Shown here: piece by piece, positions 14,146-26,963 of the stretch | How the letters are laid out: every line of letters begins with the position of its first letter | How positions within the stretch are numbered: the first letter of the stretch is position 1 | Assembly (NCBI GenBank): GCA_015680685.1 | Contig: MNCI01002974.1 | Coordinates: 115,433 to 179,432, forward strand | Length of the DNA stretch: 64,000 bases | From: Gnetum montanum | Lineage: Eukaryota; Plantae; Gnetophyta | Reading direction: 5' to 3' | Translations under genes and position numbers: made by a program | Notes under the pieces: model-generated | What the model was told of the DNA's origin: nothing | Seen by the model: only the letters and a program-made list of their open reading frames with translations | Databases searched by the model: none

Positions 14146-14478
14146 ATGTTAGATATTACGGAGGCCGTTAGAATACCTACAAGGCACCAAAAAGATAGTC
14201 GAATCAAGAGACTAGACATGAATAATATCCCACGGTTTGAGGGGGGATACAATGCTAATCCGCAAAACCACTTACAGGCATTCCACGATGCTTGTGCCTT
14301 GCAGAATACTGAAAATGAGTGGAAAAAGTTAAAGTTGTTTCCAAGGACACTCACAAAAGAAGTAAAAAGTTGGTACCAATCCTTAGAACCGGAAACCATT
14401 AGGAGGTGGAGTACAATGCTAGAATTGTTTAACAATAAATACCAAATGTACTCCATAGTGTCCAACTTGTGTAAGTAG
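14146..14478 (+). pseudogene. Retrotransposon gag domain fragment
   Basis: IPRFEG..NPQNHLQAFHDAC..KLKLFPRTLTKEVKSWYQSLEPETIRRWSTMLELFNNKY is a typical Ty3/Gypsy gag pattern. Confidence 0.85.
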
Positions 14479-15879
14479 ATCCAAGGATGGAAGCAAGGTA
14501 ATCACAAACCCTTGGATGCTGCCATGGGCTGATATTATGCATTGCTACATTGTTGTCCAGGCCATGGTTACACACAACGCGATCAACTCCGCCACCTTGT
14601 AGATGGGCTAAGACATGAAACCAGGAGAACCCTTGGAACATATGCCCAAGGGAGATTATATGAACTTAGGTCCCATGAAGTTCATAGATTGTTGGAGTAA
14701 GTAGCTAAAGAAGAAGGGGAGCTATGGAAAAGAGAAAGCGCAGAGGAGTACAACCACGATCCTTAACTCCGAAAGAGGGGAGTGAGATTCTGCGAGGAAG
14801 AGGATGAGTCACCACTCGAAGAGTTGATGAATAGAAAAACCTTGCCACTTCAAAAATTGACAATGGAAGTGTCGGCTAAGGTAGATCAAATATGGAGCTC
14901 CTTAGATAGTAAAATTGAAACTATCTTGAAAATCGTAGAGGAGTCTAAGGAGGAGCGAAGTAGTGACCATGATAAGAAAAAGAGGAGAGATTCAAACCAT
15001 GCATGTAACAGGGGTAAGGGAAAAATGATTATCGTCGATGAGGTTGTGGATTCTAACACAGACAATGATGGTGGATGTGAGATCTTCCAATATGACCATC
15101 CTAAGGGATGTTGCCTAAGGGATGGATGCAAGAGTCTAGGGTGTATGCACTCAACCCAAGACTTAACAAACGGCAAGCACCCCGAAGGTTACCTTATCCC
15201 CAAGGTAACCTGAGGCAGTTCCACCAACCGTTAACATATTATCCAAGTGGAACTCTGCCACAACCTTTCGAGTAACACTAGCAGTGGCAATCCCCACAGT
15301 CATGGGGGATGCCACCACCTAGACAACAATACCCTTACCAGCAACCAGACCCTTATGGCTACTACATGCAACAACTAGTTTCTCCAAGTGACTCTATGGG
15401 TCACGCAACCCCACAATGTCACTACCAAGTTTGGGAGTATTTTAGGACTCCTTCTCCTACAAGATACACACCACATGCATACCATCCTCCGAATCCATCC
15501 GCCACTCATATGCCGATAGTTCCACTACCACCCGCTCCAACGATGCAAGGGGAACTCCCCACTCAACTGCAGCAACGTAATGCTACGAGAGCCGTAAACC
15601 TTCAACCCACTACTGGTTCTGACAACCGTACAAAGAGAAGACCTTTCTTCAGAACCACGAGTCCAAACAAGCTCTCACAACCACAAGCGATTGAGTCTAT
15701 GACCACTCCTCCAACAAATAAGGCTTCGGAGCTCCCTTCAAACCAACAACAGAGCTCAACACATACGGTTATGTTAACACATACCGTTACTGACTGGATC
15801 AATGTAGGTCACCTTCCCAAGAAACTCTCTAATCCTGGAAATCCCTTAATCTAGCTCCAGGTCACTGGGAATGAACCAT

Positions 15880-16150
15880 GAAAGGCTCTTCTTGACTTAA
15901 GTTCCAAAGTCAACTTAATATCACAAGATATGTATAAAGCCTAGAACCTGCCTTCACTCAAGAAGAGTAATATTCAACTAGAGTTGGCTGACTAGTCCAT
16001 CACCATTCCCTTGGGATTGGTGGAGGACATCGTTACCACTGTGTGTGGTTGGTGATACCCAGCTGATTTCCTAGTAATAGAAGTCAACAGTAACAAAGGG
16101 GACTTCCCAATTATAATGGGGAGGGCATGACTAAGTACCATAAATGCATG
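15880..16150 (+). pseudogene. Retroviral-type aspartic protease remnant
   Basis: Reads KALLDLSSKVNLI..IQLELAD*SITIPLGLVEDIV..YPADFLVIE..PIIMGRA*L, with stops. Confidence 0.8.
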
Positions 16151-18305
16151 CCTAGGAATCCATGATCTTTTCTTGGAAATATCTAAGGAAAACATTTATG
16201 GAAAGATCGAGAAGAAGAAAGTTCCATACATCACATACAGTGACTCAGAGGGTGATGATATGGAGGAATGCTCAACATCTCCTGCATGCAACTGGTGTNN
16301 NNNNNNNNNNNNNNNNNNNNNNNNNNNNNNNNNNNNNNNNNNNNNNNNNNNNNNNNNNNNNNNNNNNNNNNNNNNNNNNNNNNNNNNNNNNNNNNNNNNN
16401 NNNNNNNNNNNNNNNNNNNNNNNNNNNNNNNNNNNNNNNNNNNNNNNNNNNNNNNNNNNNNNNNNNNNNNNNNNNNNNNNNNNNNNNNNNNNNNNNNNNN
16501 NNNNNNNNNNNNNNNNNNNNTTCATACTTTTTCTTTTATTTGTGTGTATGTGTGTGTCTTATCCATTTTGTTAAGTTCGTCATCCAATAAGTGCTATTAA
16601 ATGATGGTATGAACTGTTTTCTACTGGTTGCTAATGTTTGGCTTTTACCTTTAAGATTATGATGTTGATACTAAGGTATGGTTCTTTTGATATGACAGGC
16701 AATGAACCCACTTCATCCATACATCCACAAATTTCTATGGTCTCTCTTGGCTTGGAACTGTATAGTCCTTTCTCAATAATAAGAACTATAACGAATCGAT
16801 GACTAGGCATTTCTCAAACTAAGGAAGGACTTAAGGATTGAAAAGGGCGTGACTTCAAGGGAACTTGATGCATTTGTGTTGGCCATTCTCTTGGGTGCTT
16901 GGATATTTTCTTCTTGAGTTTTCTTACCGCTTCAACGTTACCCAATTACCGGGAAGCTGAGTGAATAACAATAAAAATAATAAGTCTTTGCATGGTGTGG
17001 TTCTCATGCAAAAACCAAAACAAAAACACTGAGAATTCAAAGCACACCCCTTAGACGAAATAATCATTTTGGCTACAAGCACTGGTTATGGAACTAAGAT
17101 AAACATGTTCCCTCTAACTAAGGCCCTTCTCGCTTCCCATTCTCTCCTCCTTCGTTTCGTTGGAATGGTGGTGGCTCTTTGGTGAAGGCATTCTTGTTAC
17201 TTCAAGTGGATGGATTGGCCGAATGTATTAATGAGAAGTAACTGGATGTGGTTTGTTGAGGTTGGATTTGGAATGAGATTTACAAAGTCACAGTAACCAC
17301 GAAATACACATGGGTCTGTACACCACCTTGTTCTTGGGATTCTATTCCATTCTCTTCTCTCCCTCCTTCTCTCCATTGTTCACCTCATTGCTGGTTGTAT
17401 CATCAGTGTATATTTTAGTTGACGCATTGTTTTCTTGTTAGTAAATTCTTGTGGTTAAGACTTTAACTCTTGTTCCAAATGACATTCCTATAGCCTACGA
17501 ACTCTTTGAATGTGGATGGTTAGGGTATTAAGGGCATGAGCCTACTTTGGGGAGGACCCACTGGCATTCCTATTTGGTGCACCAATTAAATTCTTTCCCT
17601 TAACATTTTTTGCAATCAACTCTATTTGGTTCATTTCCATCTTGACATCCCTTTCATCAACGTTACAATTGTCTCTTTTTCTTCATCTTTCTTATTCCTT
17701 CTCTTTCTCCATTATATCGCTATCAGAGGTTCGCTCTTAGTCATGGGGGTCTTGACCCAATTTTTTCGATTTCCTCCTAGCCCTTGCACCTTCGATAGTC
17801 ACCATTATTATATCTCCAGATCCACACCAACCATACCACAACCCAGCCAATGGACCTTTTACCGAAGCAAGGTATCAACTGCATTGTGATTCATTTACCC
17901 TTGCTAATATAAAGACTATGTTGTGTGTGCAGATGGCAATCATGCAAACAAAGAAATGGATCTAGAGGAAACACTCGGAATGGATCGGTGCTGAAGCAGT
18001 CATGCAAGGAACGAGATTGATGACGTGCTTATGGATAGACAACGAAAGGCGCAATCTTGGCAGTGGCAGCAGCAAAATTTCTTTTTCTCTCTCTCTCTTT
18101 CTCAGTCGCCAAATAAGGCCTAATGTCAAATGTACATAGTGTTCACTCTTGTTGTCATGAACACTAATTTTGTCACGCTTTGTAATGATGATCTGTTCAC
18201 ATGTTGTCCCATTCACCATTAGTTCCATTCAAGTCAATAATCCCATACCTTCCTAATATTTTTGTAAGGAACTCAAGGACGAGTTTTTATTCAGTCATGG
18301 GGGTA

Positions 18306-19137
18306 TGATGGGACGCGATATTGCATAGGCCGCAATATCACGTACGCAATGTATCATACGCGATATCGCGTCTTCACCTACGATATCGCGTACACGATAT
18401 CGCAACGCGCTGCCAAATCTATAAATAAGAGGTGGCTCTCCCTTGTTTCTCCATCTAGATCTAGACCTTAGCCAAACTCTTGCAGTTTTTCCATTCCAAA
18501 GTTAGAGTAATTTCCATGTGCCCACAATAGGAGTCCCAAAGTGAACGGATCTTTATTTGAGCAAATATTGTACCTGAGCACAAGTTTGTGTATGGAAATA
18601 AAGACGAACTTTTTGGATAAACCTTGCAGTGCATGGACTAAGCTAATTAGGACTTTAATTATTGTTAATTGTTTAAATGCTTTATTAGTTAATTAATCTC
18701 TCTCAACCCTCAACACTCTTAGTTAAGTGCATTCAGTATGACCGCTTCGAGCACGTGCGATACGCTTGGTAATCCTAGTAACGAATAGCGGTTGGTAATC
18801 CCAGAAGGTTGCATTGGTTCAGGGTGTGAACGGCAAGTGGGAACGGATACTGATGCTAGGCATTAGAACTTAGTTAATTAAAGTTAGTCACTTAGTCTCT
18901 TCACCCTTTCCCTCATTAGCATAGGCGATAAAAGATAAAAGACATAAACATCACATACCTCAAACTTACTTAACCATACAACCGTGAAAAATACAAGTAA
19001 GTTTGGGAAGACAATGAACGATTAACCTTAAGTGTTCCATAAGGCGTGTAGGCACTTAGTCTGCAGAGTTCGACCGAATCGCGCATGTAACGCTCATATT
19101 CATATGGTTGAGTGTAGGGGTACCTCGCCACTCATCA
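18306..19137 (+). repeat. 3' LTR (832 bp)
   Basis: Runs TGATGGGACG...GGGGTACCTCGCCACTCATCA and is near-identical to 12471-13067. It has a TATA box (CTATAAATA) at ~18419. Confidence 0.92.
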
Positions 19138-19569
19138 GGATTCTTTCAAATTTTAGAGGTAAATACTTTATTATCTTTAGCTATGAAAAATTTCTTCTTT
19201 AATAGAGTATAGTGAATAAGAGGCATAGGTTTTTACCATACTTGAAAGGTAAATGGAGAAACAATGGATGGAAATTTGGCTACATCGACATTAATAATTT
19301 TTGAAATAACTTGTTAGTGATATTTTTGAACTACCTTATATTTGGGGGGTGTTGGAACCTGAAATAATTGAAGCATAAGTACACCCCAAGATATATAGTC
19401 TACATAGAACTTTATAGGGGGATGTTGGAACATGAAATAAGTGAAACATAGTACACCCAAGATTTATAGAAGTCCATAACTCATTGCTACCTAATAGAAT
19501 CAAACTTGGGGTTACCAAGTCAAGACCCGTACCACTAGGCAAATAGCTCATTGTTCTATACAGAACTTT

Positions 19570-20080
19570 ATAACTTGGCATTGCCCACCAAAATCAAACC
19601 CATGAGTTACAGTTTCTAAATCAAAACTTATCACTAGGCTAACACCTCATTGTCAACTACCTTATTCTCAAGAATGAATTGACAATTTAAAGGGGCCATT
19701 ATTTGGAGTGATGGCAAGGTACTTGTTTTTCAAGTCATAAGACTTGCATCTGAGCTTGGGCACAACCACCTGAAAAGATCAAACATTATTAGGCTTATGC
19801 TCATCCATCAACCCTTCTAAGTCTACATCTTAGTGAAATGAGTATTAAACATCAAGCATCAAGGTCAAAGAATAAACATAAAGGAACCATCACTTGGAGT
19901 GATGATAAGATTCTTCTTTCTTAAGTCATAAGATTTGGATTGAAACCTGAGAACAGCCATTCAAAAAACTAAAATAAACCTTGTTTGTTATGCAAACTAG
20001 AGGTGTTAGCCTAATGGTATGGGTCTTGGCCTCGTAACCTAGATCATAAGTTTGATTATGCTAGGTAACATTGAGTTATA
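19570..20080. mobile_element. Cluster of SINE-like repeats (family 1, and Au-like family 2)
   Basis: Family 1 copies lie at ~19570-19650 (-) and ~20000-20080 (+). Family 2 copies (..TTGGAGTGATGG..TCAAGTCATAAGA..) lie at ~19692-19860 and ~19882-19970. Confidence 0.55.
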
Positions 20081-20126
20081 AACTTCTATAAATTTTACAA
20101 TGTACTTACGTTTCACTTATTTCAGG

Positions 20127-20247
20127 TTCCAATACCCAAAAAAATAAAAATAAAGATTACGGGCCATCAACACTCAAACCAATTTTAGTTTCAATACCCA
20201 AAAAAATAAAAATAAAGATTACGGGCCATCAACACTCAAACCAATTC
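20127..20247. repeat. 62-bp tandem duplication
   Basis: CAATACCCAAAAAAATAAAAATAAAGATTACGGGCCATCAACACTCAAACCAATT occurs twice. Confidence 0.85.
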
Positions 20248-20582
20248 CAGTGAGACGAGAAAGACAACAAAACCAAACAGAACCAAACAGAGTCCAAAAC
20301 AAAAATTATTCAAATCTAAGGCGGAAAAGACAAATTCACGAGTTGAACTCCTCCGTCCATCCATTTCATGGAGAATTATAAATAAAACGGGATACCTGCG
20401 ACAAATTTACGAGGGAAATTACGCTGCCGTACTAATCTCAGCTTCATTTGTTAACAACTCAGATGCACAGAAATGACAAAACGAATACGTGACAAAAAAA
20501 CATATTAAATTTATCCTACAAACTTTTCGGTCAGGTGGGGGTCTAATATTTGTTCTCTCCTAAGTTCATCATCTTCCTCCGC

Positions 20583-20656
20583 ATTTATAAATGGGAATCC
20601 TTAGCGTCACCTCGTTCACTGTATTTATAAATGGCAATTCGAAGCGTCACTTGTTC
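20583..20656 (+). promoter_or_regulatory. Putative duplicated TATA + CGTCA core promoter upstream of NAT-A
   Basis: The unit ATTTATAAATGG..AGCGTCAC occurs twice, 40 bp apart, ~1.3 kb upstream of the ATG, ahead of a 5'UTR-like pyrimidine-rich region. Confidence 0.4.
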
Positions 20657-21897
20657 CAAATCTCTGTAATTCTGTAAATGTTCTCGTCCCTCGTCCATCC
20701 GTCTATGGTGGTGTCTCGTTTACCGCTGGAATCTCATCTCTTGAATGGCGATCATGCAATGTCAATCTCCCATCGCTATATTGGAGCTCATCTTAAAACA
20801 GGACAAGCCATGGCAAATGCCGTCCAGCATTTTTCTGGACGCTTTTGTCGCCTTTTAAGCAGTTTCTGCGTGCTGCTGCTGCTGCTCTTGTACGGTTGCT
20901 TCTGCGTAAGCTACATCGTTGCTTTTGCTGACAGATTCAGTTTTACAGATTTGCTGCAGAAGCAAGAACAGCAACAGACATACATTTTACCGTTGCCTTG
21001 GCCTCTTCTGCTGTTATTGCAGAAGCAAGAACAGCAACAGACATACGTGTCTGAGTCGCAGATTCTCCTTGCGGCTCGTTTTGGTTTTGGATTCTTTAAG
21101 ATTCATGTTTCGGCCGGCAACTCTGCTTTGTTTACTGTATTGCTTTCCTATCGGTGATTTCTTTACGGCTTTCAAGGTTGGATCGAATCCTTTAGACAGC
21201 AGCAGGTAGATGCTTATGCTTATGCTGATGCTCTATTGTTTTTCTGGAGTATTGCGCATCCTTTTTCTTGAGCTGGTTAAACAATTTGTTATTGCATTTC
21301 TTTAAAGCTTTCTACTTACCAGTGGTGGAATACTATGTTGCTTTGTTTGTTTGCTTATTCTTTTATACTATGTTCGGTGACATTTTTATTAAGTTATTGC
21401 GGTTTGATCGATAGCCTTTTATGTTTTTGGAAAATATTTTAAGGTTTTGATGTCGTTTTTTATTTTCGGGCTAGTTTCCGCTCGCACGCGGCTTTGTCGC
21501 AACAAGAGCGGTAATATCGGATATTTTTTAACTGTTCAGGCCGGTTCAGTTCACGAATTATGTAGCATGTGTCTATAGCCTATAACGTTCAGTATTTACC
21601 TTGTTTGTTTGATTCTTTTTATTTATGTGAGTTTCAACACTGTTGAAACCGTTTTCGTTTGCAAGAAAATCTTAGTTCAAGTTGTCTTGAATGTATTTTC
21701 TTGTATACAGTTCATGGCATGATATTGGAGAAGCTTTGATCATTTCGTGTAGAATTGCTAACTTGAAGAAGTTTTATGCTTCAGAACCTGTTAGCAGGGG
21801 CTCCCAAAATCCATCACTGCATATCGTCTTCTACTATATTATAGGTTTGAGATTTTTAGCTTGAATAGCTTGGAATTCCTACATTCAAAATAGCAAA

Positions 21898-24829
21898 ATG
21901 GCGGCCACTCCTCCTACTCCTGCAAAGTCAGAGGACATAGGTCATCCGCCTAAGGAACAGCTTGAGTGCGTGGAATACTGCCTAAACTCTAGTCCGTCAT
22001 GGGGTAAATCTTTTTTGTTTTATTTCAGTGAAACTTTGTTTTTAAAATGACTTTTGTTCTGCTCAGCATTGCAATTCTAAGTATTGATTCTGGGATTGTC
22101 TTTAAATATTGCTATCTTACATTTGTATTTCCTGCAGGCGAATCGATAATGTTGGCATTTCAACATTTTATTTTGACGATGGGAACTGTTGTCACGATCC
22201 CCACTTTTCTGGTGCCGGCAATGGGCGGTGATAATGTTAGTGTTTTCCAATATTGTGCTTCTATTCACCGCATGGTCTCCTTCTAAAATTATTTCTTTTA
22301 TGTTTTTACAGAGAGATAAGGCATGGGTGATACAGACTGTACTGTTAGTCACTGGTATTAATACATTTTTACAGACATTATTGGGAACAAGGCTATCCAC
22401 AGTAATGGGTGGTTCTAATTCATTTATCCTAGCTATCATGTACATAATTAATGATCCAAGCATCCAAAGGATTCCAGATGATCATGAGGTATTTTATCCT
22501 AGAATATAGAATTTGTGGATACAACACACAAAAACATCATTCTTCTAATTTAGGTTCCATGTTACAGAGATTTCTTTATGGTATGAGAGCCATTCAAGGA
22601 GCTCTGATGACTTCATCAGCGGTACAAATAATTTTAGGGTGTAGCCAAGCGTGGGGCATGTTCTCAAGGTGCGTAAATCAAGGAAACTTTTTATTACTAT
22701 TATTATTGGTTTGGTATGCTAACCTATACCAAGAGGCTTTTCCCAGGTTTTTCAGTCCTCTTGGAATCATTCCAGTTATAGCTGTATTGGGTTTTGGATT
22801 ATTTCAGCAGGGTTTTCCAGCAGTAAGATGTTTTAATATACAAAGAATGTTTTGTGGATTGTTACTGAAGTTCATGGAGTTCTTTCAAGATTGATGGCAT
22901 CTGTGCTTAACTATCGAAGAATATACAGCAAATAAGTTAAATGTTTGATTTGTTTTAGGTGGGAAAATGTATGGAAATTGGACTTCCAATGCTCATTCTA
23001 TTTATTGTAGTTTCGCTGGTATGTTCAGTTACTGGTTACTATACTCTGTTTGAAACCACCAACATTATGATCTCCCTGCCAATCAAAAATCCCTTGTTAG
23101 ATTAACCATTCTCCTTTGTGCAGTATTTGAAGCACGTGTATGCCAGGAATTTGCCCATATTCGAACGCTTCCCTGTTCTTTTTTCTGTCCCTATAATTTG
23201 GGGCTATGCTACGTTGCTGACTGTCTTTAAAGCATACAACCATGTGCCTGAGCTTACTAAGATTCATTGTCGAATTGACACAGCTCATATTGTGTCAGAA
23301 AGTCCATGGTGAGCTCGTGGATATTTCTAGCAGGATTTCTTTAGTAGTTTTTTAATACCCAAATTATTCAAACTGTTGTAATTTGCCGACCTCCAATGTT
23401 CTCTCCTTGAAGGTCTGGGGCTTACAGATTTAGCAGCTAATGTTGTTACCTATTTGCAGGTTCAGATTTCCGTATCCTCTGCAATGGGGAAGGCCGTCAT
23501 GGAATGTAGGTCACTGTATTGCCATGATGGCATCGGCTTTAGTCTCTCTTGTAGAGGTAAAACATTCTTTCGCTCCTGATTTTGCCAAATTCTTGTGTAT
23601 TTTAGCTTTTTGGATATCATGGAAAATCATTCCAGTTTTCTTAGACTTGAGATAATCATACAATTATTGACAAATCAATTTACTTTAATACATTTACAGT
23701 CAACTGGTGGGTACTTTGCTGCTGCTAGAGTAGCTGCTGCTACGACACCTCCTGCAGGAGTACTTAGTAGAGGCATTGGTGTTCAGGTAACATAGAGACA
23801 ACCCGTTGGGAATCCATTTGTGTTATTGTTAGATATTCATGCAGTTGTTGCATATATCTGCGTTGCAGGGAGTTGGTATACTTTTGGATGGTCTTTTTGG
23901 CACTCTCACTGGATCTACTGTTTCTATGTAAGTTAAACGTCTTCGTCCTTGTCAAAGAAGTTCTGCAGTTACTCTGAGTTATGTTCTAAAAATCCTTGGA
24001 CTCTAATTTTCTCAGAGAGAACGTAGGCTTACTTGCAATCACTAGAGTGGGCAGCAGACAAGTTATACAACTATCATCAGCTTTTATGATTGCATTTTCC
24101 CTTATAGGTACTTTAAGGAAATATGTTTCTAAATGCTAGGTCTTTATTTCAATTTTTTTTATCAAGTTTCAGAAAGGCATTTTTGCTAATTTGAATTGGA
24201 CAGGTAAATTTGGAGCACTCTTTGCTTCCATACCTTTACCTATTTTTGGGGCCATGTACTGTGTACTCTTTGGGATGGTTGGTAAGTATAGCGCTGTTAA
24301 ATTTTTCTTCACGGCATCTGCCTTTGCATCCCTTTGTTTTGAGTGTTTTCTACATTTTGGTTACTAGGCGCTGTGGGTCTCTCTTTCCAACAGTTTGTCA
24401 ATATGAATTCCATGAGAAGCCTCTTTATCATTGGAGTTTCCATCTTTCTTGGCTTTTCAATTCCACAGTATTTCAATGAGTTCTATGTAGCCTCAAGGAG
24501 AGGACCTGTGCATACGCATGCAGGATGGGTAAGTTTTCAAACACGTTATGTTTGATGTATCGTTAGCAAGAAAAGGAATGTATACATCTGATATGATGAT
24601 TTTTGTGTTGCAGTTTAATGTCTTTCTCAACACAATATTTTCATCTCCTCCAGCAGTAGCTTTTATGGTTTCTGTATTCCTAGATAACACATTTGATGTG
24701 GCAGCTGCAAGAAAAGATAGGGGCATGCCTTGGTGGGCCATGTCCAGGACCCTCGAAGGGAATAACAGGGCCGAAGAATTCTATTCCTTACCATTCAATT
24801 TTACCAGATTTATTTCACATTCTGTTTGA
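21898..24829 (+). CDS. Nucleobase-ascorbate transporter (NAT/NCS2 family), diverged tandem copy A, 14 exons, 530 aa
   Basis: Exons: 21898-22003, 22138-22235, 22312-22488, 22568-22668, 22747-22822, 22959-23018, 23124-23308, 23460-23556, 23700-23786, 23869-23927, 24016-24107, 24204-24281, 24368-24528, 24614-24829. All introns are GT-AG and the 1593 nt stay in frame. It has the QH motif and the NAT signature ENVGLLAITR. Confidence 0.93.
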
Positions 24830-26963
24830 TTTCGGAAACCCAACTGCATCGCCGATTGCTCTAGCATCTTCATAAGCTTTTGTAGAGTGAAGTGCTTATA
24901 GCGATAGCCTATATCTTTTAACGCATTCTTAATGCCATTTTAAGATGGAGATTATTCTTTTGTAGGCCATTCTTTTTTGCCGGTCATAATTTGTATCAGT
25001 TTCTTGTCTGGCATAAGGATCTTCGCAATAATATCAATGTTACTGATATAACAAACCCCACTCCACTGGTTGGTTGGAGAAACTTTTGACATTTTTATCG
25101 CTGTAAAATATTTAAATTGGTTTTTGGTACGTGTTCTGTTTTACATTTTCTTTGAATTCGCTCCTTTTTGGGCATACCGAATTTGTAACTATTGATCAAC
25201 TATTTGTGCACAGAAGCTTCTTAAATGGTACATATCATGAACAGTTAAAAACATTAACATGTTACTAACAGGGTACTTGCATCTTTCTGCAACACATCAT
25301 CGTTTTCTTTGTACTGTACAACAAATATTTGTTAAGGGAGCGAAATAGGTCTCTCAGGAGAAGATTTCATAGTGATTTATCGTTCAAGCTATCTATCACG
25401 GATAGGTGGCAGTGACACTATCATGCACCGTATAAAGTTACATTCTGGACGATTTGCTTCCAACGGCTTAATTCTGCTTGCCAATTCAAATTTGTTATCT
25501 TAGGTTTGCCATAAAAAGGTCCCTGCTCTAACGTCAACATCTTGCCCAGTAGCCGACCCTGCACCTTATTTGGTCAAAATCATGGTCTTGAATTTCTCCA
25601 CTGAAAAGCAGAAATTATTCAAAGCATCGCATAGGTCTACCTTAATGATTCGAATGTTACCATAAATTGCCCCTATGCATCTGGGCCCGTATCTCAGGCT
25701 GCATCCAGTAATAATCTTCGTTGTCAGTATAATTCGGATTTTCGGAATCGATCCCTGTTTCAAAGGACAGAGCCAGTACAGAGTAGCAGAGGAAGGCTCA
25801 GAAACAGCAGTGTCTTGGGAAAGCATGATGGAAAAGACTTGTTTTAATATTAATACAGAGTCTCAATTTTACGGCAAAAACAGCAGGGAGAGGGGTAAAA
25901 GGAGGCAGGCGACAGATTCTCTCACAGCTGCACAGTATGCCACAATATGGTTCACAGTTTATCACAGCGCATTCTCTTTTCCTCAAATTGCGAACTGTGG
26001 GTCTCTGTAGGTTTTCAGTTATAGGCTTGATGGCTCTGGTGCAGGTTTTGAATTTTGTCATGGTCGATAAATGGGGGTTTCGGTGGGATTTACCTTTGCT
26101 TTTATGGAACCCGAGAGTTGCTTTTTGTGGGTTTTTGTTTACTTTTATGGGTTGTTGATGGAATATAATCCGTCCCTGTGGTGTGCGTGTGGGAACAAAC
26201 AACCGACTGACAGCTGCGTTTGCCTTCACCGTCCTGCATACTCTTTTTGGCCTACCCTGCACCTTTTCTTCCTCTTTTTGCTACTGCTTCCGCCATTAAA
26301 GATAAGATTTTGCACAATTCTTCTTCCCGGGGGAAAAAAATTGATGCAACGTATATTGAATTGTTGCATCGGAGCCGTATTACTACCTGATTCTGCTTTT
26401 TCTTTACTCAGCTCGGCTGTCTAATAACACCTGATCACTTTTTCCTCCTTGGCTTATTATAATTCCGAGGTCTGCTGCAGTGCATTCTTCACTCTAATGA
26501 TGATAGCATTGGGTTCTATTTTTTCTCATGAATTTGACAGCGATATATCGTACTTGCAATTTTCCTCTGTATCATCTCTGCTGTCTGATCCGTTACTTGC
26601 GGTGTAAGGCTTGAGTATCTTTCCTGCCTGCTTCCCTCCCTCCGTCCCTCACCCTTGCTTTCTTGCTAAAGGATTCTTCTTTGTTGGCTGCCCTCAAATT
26701 TAAGGATCTGACCAGAGTAAAGGCTCGTGTCAGAGCTGAGCAAAGCAGAGCTGCTGGTTTTGTTGCAGATTTGTGGGTTTTCTCCGAAATCTTTGTTTTG
26801 GGTGTTTGAGATCCGATTTTAGCATCCTGGGTCGGCGGCATTACAGTAGATATCAAGAAGAAGAGTGGTGTTTATGCCTTTGAAGGTTTCAGAGAGGGAG
26901 ATTCATCTACATTGAAACTTGACACAAAGGAAGACACGGGGAAGTGGCTTTATTCTTAACAAC

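Larger units (their letters stand above)
12471..19137 (+). mobile_element. Two-LTR non-autonomous Athila-like retrotransposon (gag+protease, no RT/INT seen)
   Basis: TG..CA termini and a perfect 5-bp TSD GGATT (12466-12470, 19138-19142). The 5' LTR starts at 12471 and runs into an N gap. The 3' LTR is 18306-19137, preceded by CATGGGGGTA. Gag lies at 14146-14478 and protease at ~15880-16150. Confidence 0.92.

Noticed and set aside
20678-21157. 159-aa ORF upstream of NAT-A
   Set aside because: It is a low-complexity translation of CTG/CAG-rich duplicated sequence with no recognisable domain, and is more likely UTR or promoter.
25566-26856. Overlapping short ORFs between the NAT genes
   Set aside because: No recognisable motifs. 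The region is consistent with the promoter, 5'UTR and leader intron of NAT-B.
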